Of a stretch of 32,000 nucleotides of DNA, positions 30,201 through 32,000 are shown piece by piece (position 1 is the first letter of the stretch; every line of letters begins with the position of its first letter). The position numbers and the translations under genes were made by a program. The stretch lies in NCBI RefSeq assembly GCF_041319985.1, contig NZ_CP100909.1; one strand, 5' to 3'. Under the pieces are notes generated by a model. That model had not been told where the DNA came from, made no database searches, and worked only from the letters and a program-made list of their open reading frames with translations. Source of the stretch: Escherichia coli (GTDB taxonomy: Bacteria > Pseudomonadota > Gammaproteobacteria > Enterobacterales > Enterobacteriaceae).

Positions 30201-30974
30201 CGGCACGTTTGACCCCCAGGCGATGATGTAGCTGGAGTTGTACCAGTCAGCAGATTCCGGTACGTCAGTTTGCTCGCCCCAGGTTTGCGGAGACGCAGGA
30301 GGCAAGTCGCAGTACCAGTCGTAGAAGCTTAAGCAAGTACCGCCAATCAGCGAGAGATAGCGTGCACCCGATGCGTAAGAAACCATCGACATTGCCGGAA
30401 TTGGCGAGAAACCAGCAACACGGTCCGGGCCGTAGTTTTTGATGGTGTAAACGTTAGATGCGGCGATCAGTTCGTTCACCTCCTGCCAGGAAGAACGAAC
30501 AAATCCACCGCGTCCACGCGCCTGCTTAAAGCTTTTCGCTTTATCGGCGTCTTCAATGATAGAAGCCCATGCCTCAACCGGATCGCTATGCAGCGCCTTC
30601 GCTTCACGCCACATTTTCATCAGGCGTTTGCGCATCATCGGGTATTTCAGGCGGTTGGCACTGTAAAGATACCAGGAGTAGCTGGCACCGCGCGGGCAGC
30701 CGCGAGGTTCATGGTTTGGCAGATCCGGACGGGTACGCGGATAGTCAGTCTGCTGGGTTTCCCAGGTGACCAGACCGTTTTTGACGTAGATTTTCCAGCT
30801 GCAGGAGCCGGTGCAGTTTACCCCGTGGGTAGAGCGGACGATTTTGTCATGCTGCCAACGCTGGCGATATCCATCCTCCCAGTCACGGTTGGTATTGAGA
30901 AGCTGGCCATGCCCATCGGCAAAGGTTTCACCCTTCTGTTTGAAGTAGCGAAACCGGTCCAGGAATTTACTCAT
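27231..30974 (-). CDS. narG: Respiratory nitrate reductase 1 alpha subunit NarG (1247 aa)
   Basis: MSKFLDRFRYFKQKGETFADGHGQLLNTNRDWEDGYRQRWQHDKIVRSTHGVNCTGSCSW..., full-length. Confidence 0.99.
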   Translation of the reverse strand: MSKFLDRFRYFKQKGETFADGHGQLLNTNRDWEDGYRQRWQHDKIVRSTHGVNCTGSCSWKIYVKNGLVTWETQQTDYPRTRPDLPNHEPRGCPRGASYSWYLYSANRLKYPMMRKRLMKMWREAKALHSDPVEAWASIIEDADKAKSFKQARGRGGFVRSSWQEVNELIAASNVYTIKNYGPDRVAGFSPIPAMSMVSYASGARYLSLIGGTCLSFYDWYCDLPPASPQTWGEQTDVPESADWYNSSYIIAWGSNVPQTRTPDAHFFTEVRYKGTKTVAVTPDYAEIAKLCDLWLAPKQGTDAAMALAMGHVMLREFHLDNPSQYFTDYVRRYTDMPMLVMLEERDGYYAAGRMLRAADLVDALGQENNPEWKTVAFNTNGEMVAPNGSIGFRWGEKGKWNLEQRDGKTGEETELQLSLLGSQDEIAEVGFPYFGGDGTEHFNKVELENVLLHKLPVKRLQLADGSTALVTTVYDLTLANYGLERGLNDVNCATSYDDVKAYTPAWAEQITGVSRSQIIRIAREFADNADKTHGRSMIIVGAGLNHWYHLDMNYRGLINMLIFCGCVGQSGGGWAHYVGQEKLRPQTGWQPLAFALDWQRPARHMNSTSYFYNHSSQWRYETVTAEELLSPMADKSRYTGHLIDFNVRAERMGWLPSAPQLGTNPLTIAGEAEKAGMNPVDYTVKSLKEGSIRFAAEQPENGKNHPRNLFIWRSNLLGSSGKGHEFMLKYLLGTEHGIQGKDLGQQGGVKPEEVDWQDNGLEGKLDLVVTLDFRLSSTCLYSDIILPTATWYEKDDMNTSDMHPFIHPLSAAVDPAWEAKSDWEIYKAIAKKFSEVCVGHLGKETDIVTLPIQHDSAAELAQPLDVKDWKKGECDLIPGKTAPHIMVVERDYPATYERFTSIGPLMEKIGNGGKGIAWYTQSEMDLLRKLNYTKAEGPAKGQPMLNTAIDAAEMILTLAPETNGQVAVKAWAALSEFTGRDHTHLALNKEDEKIRFRDIQAQPRKIISSPTWSGLEDEHVSYNAGYTNVHELIPWRTLSGRQQLYQDHQWMRDFGESLLVYRPPIDTRSVKEVIGQKSNGNQEKALNFLTPHQKWGIHSTYSDNLLMLTLGRGGPVVWLSEADAKDLGIADNDWIEVFNSNGALTARAVVSQRVPAGMTMMYHAQERIVNLPGSEITQQRGGIHNSVTRITPKPTHMIGGYAHLAYGFNYYGTVGSNRDEFVVVRKMKNIDWLDGEGNDQVQESVK

Positions 30975-31065
30975 CGGTTTTCTCCTGTGGGAGCCTGTCG
31001 GCCCTCTGATAAATCGACATTGCTAATGTTTAAGGGCAAGGTAACGCTCTGAAACAGCGTGGGAA

Positions 31066-31079
31066 TTGATAACGATCAA
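31066..31079. promoter_or_regulatory. FNR-binding site of the narG promoter
   Basis: TTGATaacgATCAA palindrome upstream of narG (FNR consensus TTGAT-N4-ATCAA). Confidence 0.87.
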
Positions 31080-31116
31080 GAGTGATGGGGATGAAAAATA
31101 AAGTAAATTCCTAAGA

Positions 31117-31123
31117 TACCCCT
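31117..31123 (+). promoter_or_regulatory. NarL heptamer-like site upstream of narG
   Basis: TACCCCT matches the NarL heptamer type (TACYNMT/TACCCNT) described for the narG control region. Confidence 0.55.
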
Positions 31124-31317
31124 TTAGGATAATTAACAGCCACCACATAACAGACTGTAAATTAAGACGTTTTATACCTGTAGTTATTTAAACTATTAAG
31201 ATTTTTATGCAGATGGGTATTAAGGAGTATTCCCCATGGGTAACATATTAATGGCTCTTAATGAAATCCGGCGAAATAAACCATATAACATTAGTATGTT
31301 GTAACTAAATGACGCAT

Positions 31318-31343
31318 AAAAAAAGCGCGACATCATGCCGCGC
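31318..31343 (-). terminator. Rho-independent terminator downstream of narK
   Basis: Reverse strand GCGCGGCATGATGTCGCGCTTTTTTT. Confidence 0.75.
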
Positions 31344-31489
31344 AAAGGATAATCAAATATTTTACTCTATATAATTCGGTTTACAGGAAGGCGGCAAGTG
31401 AATGAATCCCAGGAGCTTACTAAAGTAAGTGACTGGGGTGAATGAACGCAGCCGCAGCACATGTAACCCGAAGTATGACGAGTAACGGT

Positions 31490-32000
31490 TTATTTTTTAG
31501 AATGCCGACCATATACCGCCCAGGTAATCACTACGCAGGCGATATAGAAAATCAAAAATACCTTCATTGCGCCGACTGGCGAACCCGTTAATGCCAGCGA
31601 GCTACCAAACGCTTTCGGGATAAAGAAGCCACCAATCGCGCCAATCGCAGAGATGAAACCCAGCGCCGCCGCCGTGTCGGTTGCCGCTTCACGCATCGCA
31701 CGTTCGTCAGAACCCCCTTCTGCTTTCACGCGATCCATTGTCAGTTTACGGAAGATCACTGAAATCATCTGGAAAGTGGAACCACTACCCAGCCCAGCTG
31801 TCAGGAACAGCGCCAGGAAGACCGCGAAGAACGCCATGAAGCTTCCGCCCTGCCCGTCAGTCGGTAAGGTCAGGAACAGCAGGCCGCTGAAAATCGCCAT
31901 CAGAATAAAGTTCACCAGCGTGACACGAGTTCCGCCCAGACGGTCAGATAATGCACCACCTGCAGAACGCGCCAGCGCACCAATAAACGGCCCGAAGAAA
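31490..32000 (-). CDS. narK: Nitrate/nitrite transporter NarK, C-terminal part (truncated by window edge)
   Basis: ...GGSFMAFFAVFLALFLTAGLGSGSTFQMISVIFRKLTMDR...FFIPKAFGSSLALTGSPVGAMKVFLIFYIACVVITWAVYGRHSKK*; located upstream of narG. Confidence 0.95.
   Translation of the reverse strand, partial: FFGPFIGALARSAGGALSDRLGGTRVTLVNFILMAIFSGLLFLTLPTDGQGGSFMAFFAVFLALFLTAGLGSGSTFQMISVIFRKLTMDRVKAEGGSDERAMREAATDTAAALGFISAIGAIGGFFIPKAFGSSLALTGSPVGAMKVFLIFYIACVVITWAVYGRHSKK

Noticed and set aside
27678-30769. Long antisense ORFs (437 aa, 360 aa, others) opposite narG and other nar genes
   Set aside because: Typical shadow ORFs on the complement of long GC-moderate genes; no domain or RBS support.

Overview
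This window is an Escherichia coli (or very close relative) chromosomal segment running oppB'-oppA-ychE-adhE-(insZ/ychG remnant)-tdk-hns-galU-rssB-rssA-ychJ-purU-tyrT/tyrV tRNAs-narI-narJ-narH-narG-narK'. The backbone looks ordinary. The accessory region is a ~9.0 kb integrated element (about 12965..21978) that splits ychJ. It is bounded by a 10-bp direct repeat (CTGATCCAGA), taken here as the probable att core. Next to the left end it has a P4-type tyrosine integrase. It then carries two AlpA-like regulators, an HNH-like protein, a run of small uncharacterised ORFs and a possible HEPN-like gene. Next come a complete IS1414-like (IS256 family) copy with an 8-bp target duplication and an internal astA (EAST1) reading frame bearing a nonsense codon, and an ISNCY-family transposase fragment. 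Near the right end are a 31-aa hydrophobic ORF and a winged-HTH replication-initiator-like gene. That gene is followed directly by a terminator, a DnaA-box-like site, three 23-bp iteron-like repeats and an AT-rich tract. The best candidate for something undescribed is this whole element: a ychJ-targeting, possibly self-replicating satellite or plasmid-like island with no recognisable capsid, packaging or conjugation genes. All family assignments are from recognition of the translated sequence; no database search was run.
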